Assembly (NCBI GenBank): GCA_964372635.1
Contig: CAYJQW010000005.1
Span: 44 to 64,043, forward strand
Reading direction: 5' to 3'
Length of the DNA stretch: 64,000 nt
Source of the DNA: an uncultured Candidatus Saccharibacteria bacterium
GTDB taxonomy: Bacteria; Patescibacteriota; Andersenbacteria; UBA10190
Below the pieces are notes generated by a model that was not told the DNA's origin, made no database searches, and saw only the letters and a program-made list of their open reading frames with translations. The translations under genes were made by a program, and so were the position numbers. This document shows, in pieces, positions 29,733 to 41,474 of this stretch. Position 1 is the stretch's first letter, and the number at the start of each line of letters is the position of its first letter.

Positions 29733-30950
29733 TTGTGTAATGTGATGAATCTGAATCGTTTGTTTCAACAAACCAAAAACATCTACCACGGCCTGCAGTC
29801 GCAATGGTGGCGGGCATGGTATCGGTGGCCTGATCTTGGCCTGAATATATATGGCGTTACCGGTACTGACGGAAAAACTACCACGGCGATTTTTCTTGCT
29901 GCTATTTTGCAGGAAAATTTTGGACGCGCTTCGGTTGGTCTACTCTCAACTGAACGTATTTATATCGGGGATGAGGTAAAAACCAATTCCACCCACATGA
30001 CAACACTAAACAGTCATCTTGTTTATCAATATTTACGGACGATGCATAACCGAGGCGTGAAACACCTGGTGCTTGAATTGACCAGCCATGCTCTGGATCA
30101 AAACCGCGTGGCCGGCATACGACTATCTGGAGCAATAATTACAAACATTACCCATGAGCATCTTGATTATCATAAGACGATGTCAGCCTACGCTGACGCT
30201 AAAGGCAAAATTGTCAGATATTTAAAATCAAAAGCACCACTTGTCGCCAATGCAGACGACAAATGGACATTACGCATAATTAACAAACTCAGATCTCAGA
30301 ATGAAAATTTGAATGTTATCGAGGTGACGGCTGCCCAAGCGGAAAGTATTCATACTTTTCTGCCCGGTGAATTTAATCAGGCCAACGCGGCCGCGGCGAG
30401 CACACTGGCCCAAGCCGTTGGAATCAATCATAAGAAAATTTCTGAAGGCCTAGCGCGAGTAAAGCAAGTGCCTGGGCGCATGGAATGGATTGAGCTGCCT
30501 AATAAAGCACGGGTACTAATTGATTTTGCTTTAACGCCGTCTGCTTTGGAGCATCTCTATCGTTATTTAAGATCTGAGGTGTCTGGCAAAATTTATGCTG
30601 TTTATGGTGCCGCCGGTCGTCGAGATCGCACTAAACGTCCATTGCAGAGCCGTGTCATTGCTCGTTTTGCCGATGAAATTGTCGTCACACAAGACGAACC
30701 ATACACTGAACCGGAAGAACAAATTTATACTGATCTTGAAGCTGGTCTTGAAGGTTTCAAAGTTCCCTGGCAACGTATTTCTGATCGGCGTGAGGCTTTG
30801 CGCTATGCTTTAAAGAAGGCTAGTCAGGGAGACGCCGTTGTTATCACGGGGATGGGGAATTTTACGACAAGAGTTGTTGGCACCGAACACATACCGTGGA
30901 ATGATCGAAATGTTGTTCAGCAGCTTATATCTGAGCTTACACTTAAATAA
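29733..30950 (+). CDS. MurE-like Mur ligase lacking the N-terminal UDP-binding domain (central + C-terminal domains only)
   Basis: YGVTGTDGKTTT P-loop about 40 aa from the start; ITNITHEHLDYH; DFALTPSALE; VYGAAGRRDRTKRP...FADEIVVTQDEP matches the MurE GCGGDRDKGKRP...VTDDNP block. Only 65 nt separate it from the upstream gene, so a missing N-domain cannot be hidden upstream. Confidence 0.7.
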   Translation: MCNVMNLNRLFQQTKNIYHGLQSQWWRAWYRWPDLGLNIYGVTGTDGKTTTAIFLAAILQENFGRASVGLLSTERIYIGDEVKTNSTHMTTLNSHLVYQYLRTMHNRGVKHLVLELTSHALDQNRVAGIRLSGAIITNITHEHLDYHKTMSAYADAKGKIVRYLKSKAPLVANADDKWTLRIINKLRSQNENLNVIEVTAAQAESIHTFLPGEFNQANAAAASTLAQAVGINHKKISEGLARVKQVPGRMEWIELPNKARVLIDFALTPSALEHLYRYLRSEVSGKIYAVYGAAGRRDRTKRPLQSRVIARFADEIVVTQDEPYTEPEEQIYTDLEAGLEGFKVPWQRISDRREALRYALKKASQGDAVVITGMGNFTTRVVGTEHIPWNDRNVVQQLISELTLK

Positions 30951-30971
30951 AAGAAGCAGGGGGCTTACTCT

Positions 30972-31331
30972 ATGAATATAATTGTCATTGATACTTCACA
31001 GCGTGAGGCTAGCGTCTTCGTTGCTTATAATACAAAAGTCTTGGCGCAACAAAAATGGTCGGGCGATAAACACCTTTCTGTAAAACTGATTGAAAGTATT
31101 GATCAAGTCTTAATGCAATCCGGAATCAGTCTAAATCAGATAAATCGAATTGCTGTTCACGGCGGGCCTGGTAACTATTCTGCTCTAAGAGCCGGTATCG
31201 TCACGGCTTCAACTTTAGCGCAGGCACTTGGTATTAATCTTGTCAGTGTCAAAGGTATGGATATGGTTCAGATACTTAATGAGGCAATTGATGCTGATCC
31301 TGTCGCAGTCGTCAAGCCACAATACATCTAG
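30972..31331 (+). CDS. tsaB: TsaB (YeaZ)-like protein, N-terminal half only (119 aa)
   Basis: MNIIVIDTS...GPGNYSALRAGIVTASTLAQALGINLVSV matches the TsaB N-domain. The ORF stops after ~120 aa and is followed by 385 nt of non-coding DNA. Confidence 0.55.
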   Translation: MNIIVIDTSQREASVFVAYNTKVLAQQKWSGDKHLSVKLIESIDQVLMQSGISLNQINRIAVHGGPGNYSALRAGIVTASTLAQALGINLVSVKGMDMVQILNEAIDADPVAVVKPQYI

Positions 31332-31437
31332 TGCCTAAACATCGTTTTGCCATTAATGTAATACAAGCCATGATCGTTAAGATTGTGAATTTAATTAACA
31401 AACCAAAAATGCCACTAGTTTGTAATGTCATATATTC

Positions 31438-31467
31438 TTGACATGTCGGTATAAAGCTTCGTATACT
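31438..31467 (+). promoter_or_regulatory. Candidate sigma70-type promoter for rpoBC (TTGACA-18 nt-TATACT), ~250 nt upstream of rpoB
   Basis: ttgaca at 31438-31443 and tatact at 31462-31467 with an 18 nt spacer. A long 5' leader with several short hairpins follows. Confidence 0.35.
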
Positions 31468-31716
31468 CAATAAATCGTCTTAGGACGAGCTCGATTTGTG
31501 TGCAAAACAATTTAAATGGTGCGTCAGGCTAATCGCGCAGAGTAACATTATAAGCTCTGTTGACAGGATTTATCCTCGCGGTTCTCCCTGGACACGCATA
31601 GAGTAAGTTATACACAGGTTCTCATGAACTTGGCTCGCGACGGCATTAACAGGGAATAAACACCCTATTGAGCAAAACACACCCATTTATTCACTTAGGG
31701 ATTTTTCTTTATTTAT

Positions 31717-34700
31717 ATGCCGAAAGCGAAAGAGTCAGAGGGATTTTCTAATAAATCTTTACGCGAGCGAACAACCTTTTCAAGTGAGTCCACCGCTTTT
31801 TCCAAAGCGCCGGATCTTCTTTTGTTACAAGTAGAATCATACAATTGGTTTTTTGAGAAGGGTTTAGCAGAATTATTTAGCGAGATTTCTCCGATTGAAG
31901 ACTATGGTGGTAATTTAGAATTACAATTTCTTGATCATTATCTAGATGCACCAAAACACACCGAGGAAACCGCTCGGGATCGCAATGCAACCTATGAATC
32001 ACCCTTGCGAAGTGCCGTTCGACTGATTAACAAAAAAACTGGTGAAGTTAAGGAGCAAGAAGTCTACCTCGGAGAATTTCCGGTGATGACGCCGCGCGGT
32101 ACGTTCATTATTAACGGTGTCGAACGAGTGGTGGTTTCACAGCTCATCCGTTCGCCAGGAGCATTTTTTACAACCAACTACAATAAAGGCCGTAATTGGT
32201 ACGGAGCTAAAGTAATCCCCAACCGTGGGGCTTGGCTTGAGCTTGAGACAGCCGCTGATGGTGCCATCTATGTCAAAATTGATCGAAAAAGAAAAGTTGT
32301 TGTAACGGCTCTGCTGCGCGCGTTCGGTAAGGCATCTAACACTGAAATCAAGAAACTATTTGCCGATATCGATACTGACGAAGAACTTTCCTATATTGAT
32401 GCAACTATTGCCAAAGATACATCAACCAATGAAGAAGAAGGCTTAAAAGAAGTTTATAAGCGATTACGGCCTGGTGATATGGCTACAGTTGATAATGCTC
32501 GTCAAATGGTCAAAGACATGTTTTTCCGTTTTGATCGCTACGATTTTGGTAGAGTTGGTCGTTATCGTGTTAATCAACGTCTCGGGCTTAAGATTCCTTT
32601 AGATGATCCAGCTCACCGGGTCTTAAAAGTTGACGACATTGTGGCGGTCATTCGTGAAATTATTCGACTTAATATTACGCAGGATCTAGCTGACGATATT
32701 GACCATCTCGGTAACCGCCGTGTCAGGGCCGTTGGGGAACTTATTCAAAATAAATTTCGTGTCGGCTTGATGCGCATGGAACGCATCGCTAAAGATAGAA
32801 TGAGCACGCTGGACCTGGAAGCAGTAACTCCGTCACAGCTTGTCAACGCTCGTCCCATCATAGCCGCCATCAAAGAGTTTTTTACCAGTTCGCAGTTATC
32901 GCAGTTTATGGATCAAACGAATGTTCTGTCTGAAGTTGAGCATAAGCGACGCTTGTCCGCCATGGGTCCAGGTGGACTGGAAAGAAATCGAGCTGGTTTT
33001 GAAGTTCGAGATGTCCATCGCAGCCATTACGGTCGCATCTGCCCCATTCAGACGCCAGAAGGACCAAATATTGGGCTAGTTGGCCACATGGCTCTATATG
33101 CCCGAATTAATGAATACGGTTTTTTAGAAACACCTTATCGGAAAGTCGTTGATGGCAAAGTAACAAACACTATTGAGTACATTGATGCCTACACTGAAGA
33201 TACTAAGATTATCGCGCATGCGGCCGAAAGTCTGAAAAAAGACGGATCGTTTGTGAGTAACAGAGTTGAGGCCCGTGAAAAAGGCCAATTTGCCGAGGTG
33301 ACGCCAGGTGATGTTGATTATATGGACGTTGCGACTAATCAGTTAGCGTCTATTGCAGCCAGCTTGATTCCTTTCATTGAACATGATGACGCCCAACGTG
33401 CTTTGATGGGATCAAATATGCAGCGACAAGCCGTACCATCAATGGTGCCTCAGGCGCCGCGGGTTGGTACTGGTTTTGAATCTAGAGCTGCCGCCGACTC
33501 AGGACAGGTGGTCGTTGCTCTTAGCGATGGCATCGTTACTGAGATTGATGGCCAGCACATAACGATTGTCGATGACAAAAAGGAAAAACATTTTTATAGA
33601 TTACAGAATTTTTTACGCAGTAATCAATCAACTGCTTTATTGCAACGTCCCATTGTTTCAAATGGTGACCATGTTCGCAAAGGGCAAGTTATTGCTGATG
33701 GTTCCTCAACTGATCGAGGAGAATTGGCCCTCGGCCAAAATCTGACGGTAGCGTTTATACCTTGGTATGGTGGTAATTTTGAAGATGCGATTGTGGTTTC
33801 GGAAACCATTGTACGAGATGATCGTTTTAGCTCTATCCATATCGAAGATTTTATTATCGATGTCCGGGACACAAAATTAGGTCCAGAAGTAGTTACGCGA
33901 GATATCCCGAACGTCAGTGAAGAAAAACTTCGTAATCTTGATGAAGACGGTATTGTTCGCATTGGGGCTGAAGTTCGCTCTGGTGATATCTTGATTGGCA
34001 AAGTTACCAATAAGGGTGAGACCGATCTCACTGCCGAAGAGCGACTGTTGCGAGCTATATTTGGTGAAAAGGCTAAGGATGTTAAAGATACCTCACTGTA
34101 CCTGCGTCATGGTGAGAATGGGAAAATTGTTGATGTTAAAACATTTTCTCGTGAAGAAGGCGATCGTCTGCCGAGCGGCGTTATTCGCCAAGTCCAAGTC
34201 AGCGTGGCACAAATACGTAAGTTACAGGTTGGCGATAAATTTGCCGGCCGACATGGGAATAAAGGTGTCATTTCGATGGTTGTAGCCCAGGAAGATATGC
34301 CGTACCTGGCTGACGGCACGCCAGTGGATATTGTTTTAAATCCCTTAGGTGTAGCCAGCCGTATGAACATTGGTCAGATCTTAGAAACACATCTTGGTAT
34401 TGCCGCGGAAAAACTTAATTTGTTTGCAGCCTCCCCACCATTTGCTGGTGTTGCTGAAAAAACTGTCCGTGAGCAACTTATTAAAGCAGGACTTCCCCCT
34501 GACGGTAAAGTGGATCTCTATGATGGCAAATCAGGACAAAAGTTTGATCATGCAGTGACAGTTGGCGTGATGTATATATTAAAACTTCATCACTTGGTGG
34601 AGGAGAAGATCCATATGCGTTCCACAGGACCATACTCGCTTGTAACGCAGCAACCGCTTGGTGGCAAAGCCCAATTTGGTGGTCAGCGTTTTGGCGAAAT

Positions 34701-35004
34701 GGAAGTATGGGCTCTAGAAGCTTATGGTGCAGCCTACACGTTACAGGAAATGTTGACGATCAAGTCTGATGATGTGATTGGTCGAAGTAAAACATATGAA
34801 GCAATCGTGAAGGGTGAACCAATCCATACGCCGCATTCGCCGGCCGCCTTTGATGTGCTTGTTCAGGAGTTGAAAGGTCTAGCTCTTAATGTTGACCTAG
34901 TCGGCCAAAACAAGGTTTCAAACGAGATTCAGCGAGAGCATGTCGGTGTTGATAATAAACGGGAAAAACATCGTGTCGACACAAAGACAAGAATTCGTTC
35001 ATAA
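31717..35004 (+). CDS. rpoB: DNA-directed RNA polymerase subunit beta
   Basis: 1095 aa with classic conserved blocks (GNRRVR..GEL, NMQRQAVP, GRHGNKGV, EVWALEAYGAAYTLQEMLT). Confidence 0.97.
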   Translation: MPKAKESEGFSNKSLRERTTFSSESTAFSKAPDLLLLQVESYNWFFEKGLAELFSEISPIEDYGGNLELQFLDHYLDAPKHTEETARDRNATYESPLRSAVRLINKKTGEVKEQEVYLGEFPVMTPRGTFIINGVERVVVSQLIRSPGAFFTTNYNKGRNWYGAKVIPNRGAWLELETAADGAIYVKIDRKRKVVVTALLRAFGKASNTEIKKLFADIDTDEELSYIDATIAKDTSTNEEEGLKEVYKRLRPGDMATVDNARQMVKDMFFRFDRYDFGRVGRYRVNQRLGLKIPLDDPAHRVLKVDDIVAVIREIIRLNITQDLADDIDHLGNRRVRAVGELIQNKFRVGLMRMERIAKDRMSTLDLEAVTPSQLVNARPIIAAIKEFFTSSQLSQFMDQTNVLSEVEHKRRLSAMGPGGLERNRAGFEVRDVHRSHYGRICPIQTPEGPNIGLVGHMALYARINEYGFLETPYRKVVDGKVTNTIEYIDAYTEDTKIIAHAAESLKKDGSFVSNRVEAREKGQFAEVTPGDVDYMDVATNQLASIAASLIPFIEHDDAQRALMGSNMQRQAVPSMVPQAPRVGTGFESRAAADSGQVVVALSDGIVTEIDGQHITIVDDKKEKHFYRLQNFLRSNQSTALLQRPIVSNGDHVRKGQVIADGSSTDRGELALGQNLTVAFIPWYGGNFEDAIVVSETIVRDDRFSSIHIEDFIIDVRDTKLGPEVVTRDIPNVSEEKLRNLDEDGIVRIGAEVRSGDILIGKVTNKGETDLTAEERLLRAIFGEKAKDVKDTSLYLRHGENGKIVDVKTFSREEGDRLPSGVIRQVQVSVAQIRKLQVGDKFAGRHGNKGVISMVVAQEDMPYLADGTPVDIVLNPLGVASRMNIGQILETHLGIAAEKLNLFAASPPFAGVAEKTVREQLIKAGLPPDGKVDLYDGKSGQKFDHAVTVGVMYILKLHHLVEEKIHMRSTGPYSLVTQQPLGGKAQFGGQRFGEMEVWALEAYGAAYTLQEMLTIKSDDVIGRSKTYEAIVKGEPIHTPHSPAAFDVLVQELKGLALNVDLVGQNKVSNEIQREHVGVDNKREKHRVDTKTRIRS

Positions 35005-35012
35005 ATTTTCTT

Positions 35013-38000
35013 ATGCAAGGCAGACCACCACAATCAATTTTTAGTTCTATTCGTTTAGCCTTAGCCAGCCCTGAGCAAATCTTAGACTGGTCTCACGGCG
35101 AAGTTACAAAACCTGAGACGATAAATTATCGAACCCAAAAACCTGAGAAGGAAGGGTTGTTTGATGAACGAATATTCGGTCCGGTTAAAGATTGGGAATG
35201 TAGTTGCGGTAAATATCGCCGAATTCGCTATAAAGGTATTATCTGTGACAAATGTGGTGTTGAAGTTACTCGTTCAATTGTTCGGCGTGAACGCATGGCC
35301 CATATTAAGTTAGCCACACCAGTATCACATATCTGGTTTTTGCGCGGGGTGCCATCAAAGATGGGACTACTTTTAGACATTAATGTCTCACAGTTGGAAA
35401 AGGTTATATATTTCGCCTCATACATAGTGACTGAAGTAGATGAAGTCGCCAAAGAAGAAGTTTTAAAGAGGCTTGATTCTGAAGCTGATTCCAAGCGAGC
35501 AGCAATCAAACAAGGTTATAAGCAACTCCGTAATGAAATTAAAAAAGATGCCAAGAATCGGGAGAAGAGAAAAACTAAATTGTCTGACGAGGAAAAGGTT
35601 CAATTGAAGAAACTTGATGAGGCTATCTCAAATGCACGCGATCAGCTCAAAGCCCTTAAAACCTATCATATTATTTCTGAAGTTGAATATCGTGATTTGT
35701 CCCTCAAATATGGTCATGTGTTTAAAGCTGGTATTGGCTCGGAAGCCATCAGAGCGATCTTTGAGAAGATGAACATTAATACTTTGATTTCAGGACTGAC
35801 CGAGAAAATGAGTACGGCCAGTGCCGCCGAACGCAAGCGTATTGTTAGGCGCTTGGCGCTATTACAAGGCATGCAAGCCTCAGGTGTCAGACCAGAATGG
35901 ATGTTTCTAGCTGTCTTGCCGGTTATTCCTCCGGATTTGCGTCCGATGGTGCAACTTGATGGTGGTCGTTTTGCAGCCTCAGACTTAAATGATCTCTACC
36001 GTCGTGTTATTAATCGTAATAATCGGTTGAAGCGTTTACTTGAGCTTGGTGCACCTGAAGTGATAACACGAAATGAAAAACGTATGCTCCAAGAAGCCGT
36101 TGATGCCCTCATTGATAACTCAGCTAGACGAGGCTCAACGACAATGAGCACTACCGGACAGCGGCGACAACTAAAATCAATGGCCGATATGCTTAAAGGA
36201 AAACAAGGTCGCTTCCGTCAGAATCTTCTTGGTAAGCGTGTTGACTACTCTGGGCGATCAGTCATTGTTGTTGGTCCTGAGTTAAAATTACATCAGTGCG
36301 GTTTACCGAAAACAATGGCTCTCGAACTATTTAAGCCATTTGTTATTCACGAATTAATAGAGCGCGAACTGGCCCACAATATTCGTTCAGCCAGTAGATT
36401 AATTGAGCAAGGTATTCCCGAAGTCTGGGATGCCTTAGAAGAAGTTACTAAGGTCCACAAAGTTCTTCTTAATCGGGCGCCAACGTTGCACCGTCTTGGT
36501 ATTCAGGCTTTTCAACCTGTGTTAATTGAGGGTAAAGCTATCCAGATTCATCCTATGGTGACTGTGCCGTTCAATGCTGATTTCGATGGTGATCAGATGG
36601 CCGTTCATGTGCCACTTTCATCGCAAGCCCGCTTTGAGGCTGATGAGATCATGTTGAGTAGTCACAACTTATTGAAGCCAGCCGATGGTAAGCCAGCAAC
36701 TTCGGCCTCACAAGACATAGTTTTAGGCTTGTACTACATTAGTTTACCTAAGCCAGGTATGAAGGGTACTGGGCATGCCTTCTCTTCCATTAATGAGGTG
36801 AACATCGCATATCAATTAGATGAAGTTGCCATTAATGCTCTGATAAAGGTGCCGGATCCTGAGACGCGTTCCAAGAAAAAAAGTGGTCAGATCATCGAAA
36901 CAACAATCGGGCGCTTACTGTTTTACGAGATTTTGCCAGCGGGGTATCCCTTTGTTAATAATGTTCTCGATAAAGGACGACTGAAAAAGATCATTGCGTC
37001 TGTGTTGCGAGATTATGGCCGTGATGCTACCGCCGAATTTATTGATAAAATGAAAGAACTTGGTTTTAAGTTTGCGACTCGCAGTGGTTTGTCGTGGGGT
37101 ATGGGAGATTTAGCAGAACCTGCGGCCAAAAAAGATATTATTACCCGCGCGGAAAATGAAGTTACGACCATTCGTGAACAATTTGCCGATGGGTTATTGA
37201 CCGACGAGGAACGATACCGCATGACCGTCGCCGTGTGGGATAAAGCCCGTGAAAGCATGAGTGAAGCAACAAAGCAAGCTCTTGATAAAGAAAGTTCAGT
37301 CCATGCGATGGTTAGTTCCGGTGCTCGTGGCTCCTGGGGCCAGACATTACAGATGATGGGCATGAAAGGGACTGTGGCCGGACCAACTGGCCGGGTAGTT
37401 GAACTGCCAATCAAGAGTAGTTTCAAAGAAGGATTTAATGCCCTTGAATATTTTCTCTCAACCCATGGTACACGCAAAGGTATGGCCGATACCGCTTTGC
37501 GGACCGCCACGGCTGGTTACTTGACACGGCGTTTAGTAAACGTGGCTCAAGATGTTGTCGTTCGTGAAGAAGATTGTCAGGATGTTGAAGGTGGCACTTT
37601 CACTAAAGCAGATAGTGAAGAAGTAGGTACAACCCTTGGCCAGCGGGTATTGGGACGTATCTTAGCTCAGGGAGTTAAACATCCGAAGACGGGTAAAACA
37701 TTATTCCCGCGCGGTACACTGATTACAGAAACTGAAGCGGAAGAAATTGATAAGCGAGAAATTGCAGAGCTGACCATCCGTTCCGTTGTTGCCTGCCAAG
37801 CAAAAAACGGTATTTGCCGGCAGTGTTATGGTTGGGATTTGGGTCATAATAAATTAGTGGAAATTGGTGAAGCGGTCGGTGTTGTTGCCGCCCAAGCGAT
37901 TGGGGAACCAGGAACACAATTAACGATGAGAACTTTTCATTCCGGTGGAATTTCAGGGCAGGATATTACCCAAGGTTTGCCACGTGTTGAAGAACTCTTT

Positions 38001-38957
38001 GAAGCGCGTGAACCAAAAGGTGAAGCATTGATGAGTGAAATTGATGGTTTAGCAAAAGTCAGCGTAGGTGATAAAGAGGCCATCATCACGATTTCAAGCC
38101 AGGGGAACAGAAGTGTTGAATATAATGTGACGGGCGCCATAGTTACTAAAGGTATTAAAACAGGCTCAAAAGTAAAAGAGGGTGATAGCCTTTTCGTCAA
38201 TGTTGAAGCGGAGAAAGTCAACGCTCTATTTTCAGGCGATATCAGTCTTAAAAACAATATCTTAAAATTGCGTGGACGCGGTAAGGATGTTCGTACCTAT
38301 ACTGTGCCGTCGACGACATCTCTTGAGATAAGTGATGGTGACACATTGTTAGCAGGACAGCAGTTGACCGAAGGACATGTCAATGTTCAAAATTTATTTT
38401 CAGCTGCCGGAATTCGTGCTGTGCAGCAATACATCTTGCGTGAAGTTCAGCAGGTATATGCTATTCAAGGTGAAACAATAAACGACAAGCACTTGGAAAT
38501 AATGGTCAGACAAATGTTGTCACGTATTCGCGTACGCGATGCTGGGGACACAAACTTACCGCCCGGACGTATCATTGAATACCAGGAATTTAGACGTGTT
38601 AATTCTGCCACAGAATCTCAAGATAAACAGCCGGCTCTTGGCGAACGTATGCTGCTTGGTATTACCAAAGTCGCCTTGACTACCAACAGCTTCCTCTCCA
38701 GCGCCTCGTTTATGGAAACAGCCCGGACCTTAATCGATGCCGCTGTGATGGGACGTGAAGATACGTTAAAAGGTTTGAAGGAAAATGTAATTATTGGCCG
38801 CTTAATTCCAGCAGGGACGGGCTATCATGGTGAGTCAAAAATTGTAGCCAAGGTTAAAGAAGTTGTTGTCGCTGAAGCAGCTGCTCATGTTCAAGAGCGG
38901 GTTACAAAACCAGCCACTGTGACACAAACGGGCCTAGCCCAGCAAATTATTAAGTGA
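35013..38957 (+). CDS. rpoC: DNA-directed RNA polymerase subunit beta'
   Basis: 1314 aa; Zn-finger [23 protein letters not shown]; catalytic [12 protein letters not shown]; starts 8 nt after the rpoB stop. Confidence 0.97.
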   Translation: MQGRPPQSIFSSIRLALASPEQILDWSHGEVTKPETINYRTQKPEKEGLFDERIFGPVKDWECSCGKYRRIRYKGIICDKCGVEVTRSIVRRERMAHIKLATPVSHIWFLRGVPSKMGLLLDINVSQLEKVIYFASYIVTEVDEVAKEEVLKRLDSEADSKRAAIKQGYKQLRNEIKKDAKNREKRKTKLSDEEKVQLKKLDEAISNARDQLKALKTYHIISEVEYRDLSLKYGHVFKAGIGSEAIRAIFEKMNINTLISGLTEKMSTASAAERKRIVRRLALLQGMQASGVRPEWMFLAVLPVIPPDLRPMVQLDGGRFAASDLNDLYRRVINRNNRLKRLLELGAPEVITRNEKRMLQEAVDALIDNSARRGSTTMSTTGQRRQLKSMADMLKGKQGRFRQNLLGKRVDYSGRSVIVVGPELKLHQCGLPKTMALELFKPFVIHELIERELAHNIRSASRLIEQGIPEVWDALEEVTKVHKVLLNRAPTLHRLGIQAFQPVLIEGKAIQIHPMVTVPFNADFDGDQMAVHVPLSSQARFEADEIMLSSHNLLKPADGKPATSASQDIVLGLYYISLPKPGMKGTGHAFSSINEVNIAYQLDEVAINALIKVPDPETRSKKKSGQIIETTIGRLLFYEILPAGYPFVNNVLDKGRLKKIIASVLRDYGRDATAEFIDKMKELGFKFATRSGLSWGMGDLAEPAAKKDIITRAENEVTTIREQFADGLLTDEERYRMTVAVWDKARESMSEATKQALDKESSVHAMVSSGARGSWGQTLQMMGMKGTVAGPTGRVVELPIKSSFKEGFNALEYFLSTHGTRKGMADTALRTATAGYLTRRLVNVAQDVVVREEDCQDVEGGTFTKADSEEVGTTLGQRVLGRILAQGVKHPKTGKTLFPRGTLITETEAEEIDKREIAELTIRSVVACQAKNGICRQCYGWDLGHNKLVEIGEAVGVVAAQAIGEPGTQLTMRTFHSGGISGQDITQGLPRVEELFEAREPKGEALMSEIDGLAKVSVGDKEAIITISSQGNRSVEYNVTGAIVTKGIKTGSKVKEGDSLFVNVEAEKVNALFSGDISLKNNILKLRGRGKDVRTYTVPSTTSLEISDGDTLLAGQQLTEGHVNVQNLFSAAGIRAVQQYILREVQQVYAIQGETINDKHLEIMVRQMLSRIRVRDAGDTNLPPGRIIEYQEFRRVNSATESQDKQPALGERMLLGITKVALTTNSFLSSASFMETARTLIDAAVMGREDTLKGLKENVIIGRLIPAGTGYHGESKIVAKVKEVVVAEAAAHVQERVTKPATVTQTGLAQQIIK

Positions 38958-39203
38958 GCTATCATATTTGATCGCTCTGCGCAAATTTAAAAGTTTGTTT
39001 GTGCGATTTAGAAACAACATAACACCAGTATAATATATAGCTTAACGCAGCTATTAATCGAGACTAGAAGAAGTAAATCTTATACTTTTTAAGAAGTCGA
39101 ATTAACGGTCATAGCCATGTATACTTTATAAATCCTCAAAATTAGCGGTCTAAAAGAGGCTATGAGGGTATATTTATTGTTTGAATAAGCAACTTCATAT
39201 TTT

Positions 39204-41474
39204 ATGAGATTGAATCCTTTCAGGCGCCGGCAATATAAGCGCAGGCGATCTTCTTCAGCCGGTTGGCTAAAACCAGCTACGAAGAAGGCAATTGTTGGCG
39301 TTGTTCTCCTGCTTATAGCAATCATCACAGTTTTTAGCTTTTTTGGACAAGCTGGCAGCATTGGTATTGTCATTTTGAGAATGTTACGTTTGTCATTTGG
39401 CTGGCTAGCTTACGGAGCACCCTTTCTATTTGTTTATGTTAGCTATTATTTACTTCGACCGAATTTAGAGCCGTTGCCACGTTCGCGGGTGATAGGCGTT
39501 ATTCTGCTTACTATAGGTTTACTTGGCACATTCCATTTAATCGGAATAGCTCCTGACGACGCCTTACAAGTAGCCTCTGAAGGTAAAGGCGGCGGTTTTC
39601 TTGGGTTCACTCTAAGTTATCCCTTAAGCTTGGCCTTATCAGTAGTCGTATCTATTATTGTTTTCCTAGCTGCTCTAATAATTGGTATTTTTATGACGTT
39701 TAATCTCTCGCCAGCTGAAGCGGTTGAGCGTCTGATGGGCCTCTGGCCCGAGACCATATCCGAAGATGATACTGACGACGAGGAAAAATTAGACAATGAT
39801 GAAGAAACACATACTGCTGTCTCCCCTCCTCGCTTTCGCATTAGATCGATGGGCAATGCTGTGCCAAAGATTGATCCAGCTCAATTAAAGCTTGATGAAG
39901 AACGTGCTCAAAAAGAGAAACATCAAAAAATTATGCAGCAAAAACAATTAAAACAAGCAAATCGAAAATACGTGCCACCACCACTTGAATTATTAGCTAC
40001 CAGCACGCGCCAACCCGAAGGAGGAGATATTGAAACGAATAAAGACACTATTAAAACGACTCTGGAGAATTTCAATATCACTGTCACGATGGGTAAAGCT
40101 AAGGTTGGTCCTACTGTTACGCAATACACATTCCGTCCAGATGAAGGTATTCGTTTATCACAGATTACTGCTCTGCAAAATGATCTGGCGCGTGCGCTTA
40201 AGGCTCATCCGGTTCGGATTGAGGCGCCTATTCCTAATACCGATCTAGTAGGTATAGAAATACCTAACAAGGAAGTGGCCTCGGTACGTCTGCGGGATTT
40301 GCTTGGCAGTAAAGAAATGAAACGGGCTGAATCACCTTTATCCATAGGCTTAGGGCGTGATGTCTCAGGCATAGCAGTAACAGCAGAACTAGATCGCATG
40401 CCCCATTTACTGATTGCTGGCGCTACGAATTCCGGAAAATCTGTCGCGATCCACTCAATTCTCATGTCGCTCTTATATCGAAACTCGCCGGCAATCTTGC
40501 GTCTGATTCTCATTGACCCAAAGAGGGTTGAGCTGACGGCTTATAACGGTATTCCCCATCTCTGGGGGGATCCAGTCATCGTCGACATGGCTAAGGCACT
40601 CAATGCCTTGAAATGGGTATTGCGGCAAATGGATAAACGCTACAAGCTGCTGGAAGAATCAGGCTCACGTAATCTCTTTTCATATAACGTGAACAATCCG
40701 GAAAATGCCATGCCTTTTATCGTGATCGTGGTGGATGAGCTGGCCGTACTTATGGCCAAGCACGTCCGTGATGTTGAGGGGCCGGTGGTGCGTCTCAGCC
40801 AGCAAGCTCGGGCTGTCGGAATACATCTGATTTTGGCCACGCAGCGGCCAAGTGTCAATGTTATCACCGGTCTGATTAAAGCTAATATTCCGACCCGGAT
40901 TGCTCTTAAGGTTGTCTCTCAAGTTGATTCGCGCACGATTCTTGATATGGCCGGCGCCGAAAAACTTGTTGGCACTGGTGATATGTTGTTTCTCGCCAGC
41001 GACAATGCCCGGCCGCGCCGGTTACAGGGTGGCCTAGTTTCTGAGGAAGAGGTCAGCAGAGTTGTCCAGTTTATTATTGAGAATAATGACGCGTCGGATT
41101 TTACCGATGAGGAATCAATTACTGAGGGAGAAAGTCGAGTAATTGGGAGCAGTGGCATTATTGGCGACGATGTTTTACTAACCGAGGCCAAACGTGTCGC
41201 CAACGCGGCTGGCAAAGTGAGTGCTAGCTTACTCCAGCGTCGCTTAAAAGTAGGCTATTCTCGAGCTGCTCGCCTACTTGACATGCTGGAAGCAGCTGGG
41301 ATTATTGGTCCGGCTGATGGTAACAAACCCCGCGAAGTCTTAAGGCGTGAAGCTCAAGATAGACACGAACCCGACCAGAAAAATAGTGACCTTAGTATGA
41401 CTGATGAAGATAGTGCTGATGATGACGATGATAATGATACCGAGGACGATAATTCAGTTATCAATGAAAATTAA
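39204..41474 (+). CDS. ftsK: DNA translocase FtsK/SpoIIIE
   Basis: N-terminal TM helices, acidic linker, motor domain with HLLIAGATNSGKSV Walker A and IVIVVDELA Walker B, and a C-terminal gamma-like domain. Confidence 0.85.
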   Translation: MRLNPFRRRQYKRRRSSSAGWLKPATKKAIVGVVLLLIAIITVFSFFGQAGSIGIVILRMLRLSFGWLAYGAPFLFVYVSYYLLRPNLEPLPRSRVIGVILLTIGLLGTFHLIGIAPDDALQVASEGKGGGFLGFTLSYPLSLALSVVVSIIVFLAALIIGIFMTFNLSPAEAVERLMGLWPETISEDDTDDEEKLDNDEETHTAVSPPRFRIRSMGNAVPKIDPAQLKLDEERAQKEKHQKIMQQKQLKQANRKYVPPPLELLATSTRQPEGGDIETNKDTIKTTLENFNITVTMGKAKVGPTVTQYTFRPDEGIRLSQITALQNDLARALKAHPVRIEAPIPNTDLVGIEIPNKEVASVRLRDLLGSKEMKRAESPLSIGLGRDVSGIAVTAELDRMPHLLIAGATNSGKSVAIHSILMSLLYRNSPAILRLILIDPKRVELTAYNGIPHLWGDPVIVDMAKALNALKWVLRQMDKRYKLLEESGSRNLFSYNVNNPENAMPFIVIVVDELAVLMAKHVRDVEGPVVRLSQQARAVGIHLILATQRPSVNVITGLIKANIPTRIALKVVSQVDSRTILDMAGAEKLVGTGDMLFLASDNARPRRLQGGLVSEEEVSRVVQFIIENNDASDFTDEESITEGESRVIGSSGIIGDDVLLTEAKRVANAAGKVSASLLQRRLKVGYSRAARLLDMLEAAGIIGPADGNKPREVLRREAQDRHEPDQKNSDLSMTDEDSADDDDDNDTEDDNSVINEN

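Noticed and set aside
33624-38257. Antisense and alternate-frame ORFs within rpoB and rpoC (e.g. 33624..34031, 37013..37510, 37937..38257)
   Set aside because: They lie embedded in highly conserved essential genes. Typical spurious ORFs.
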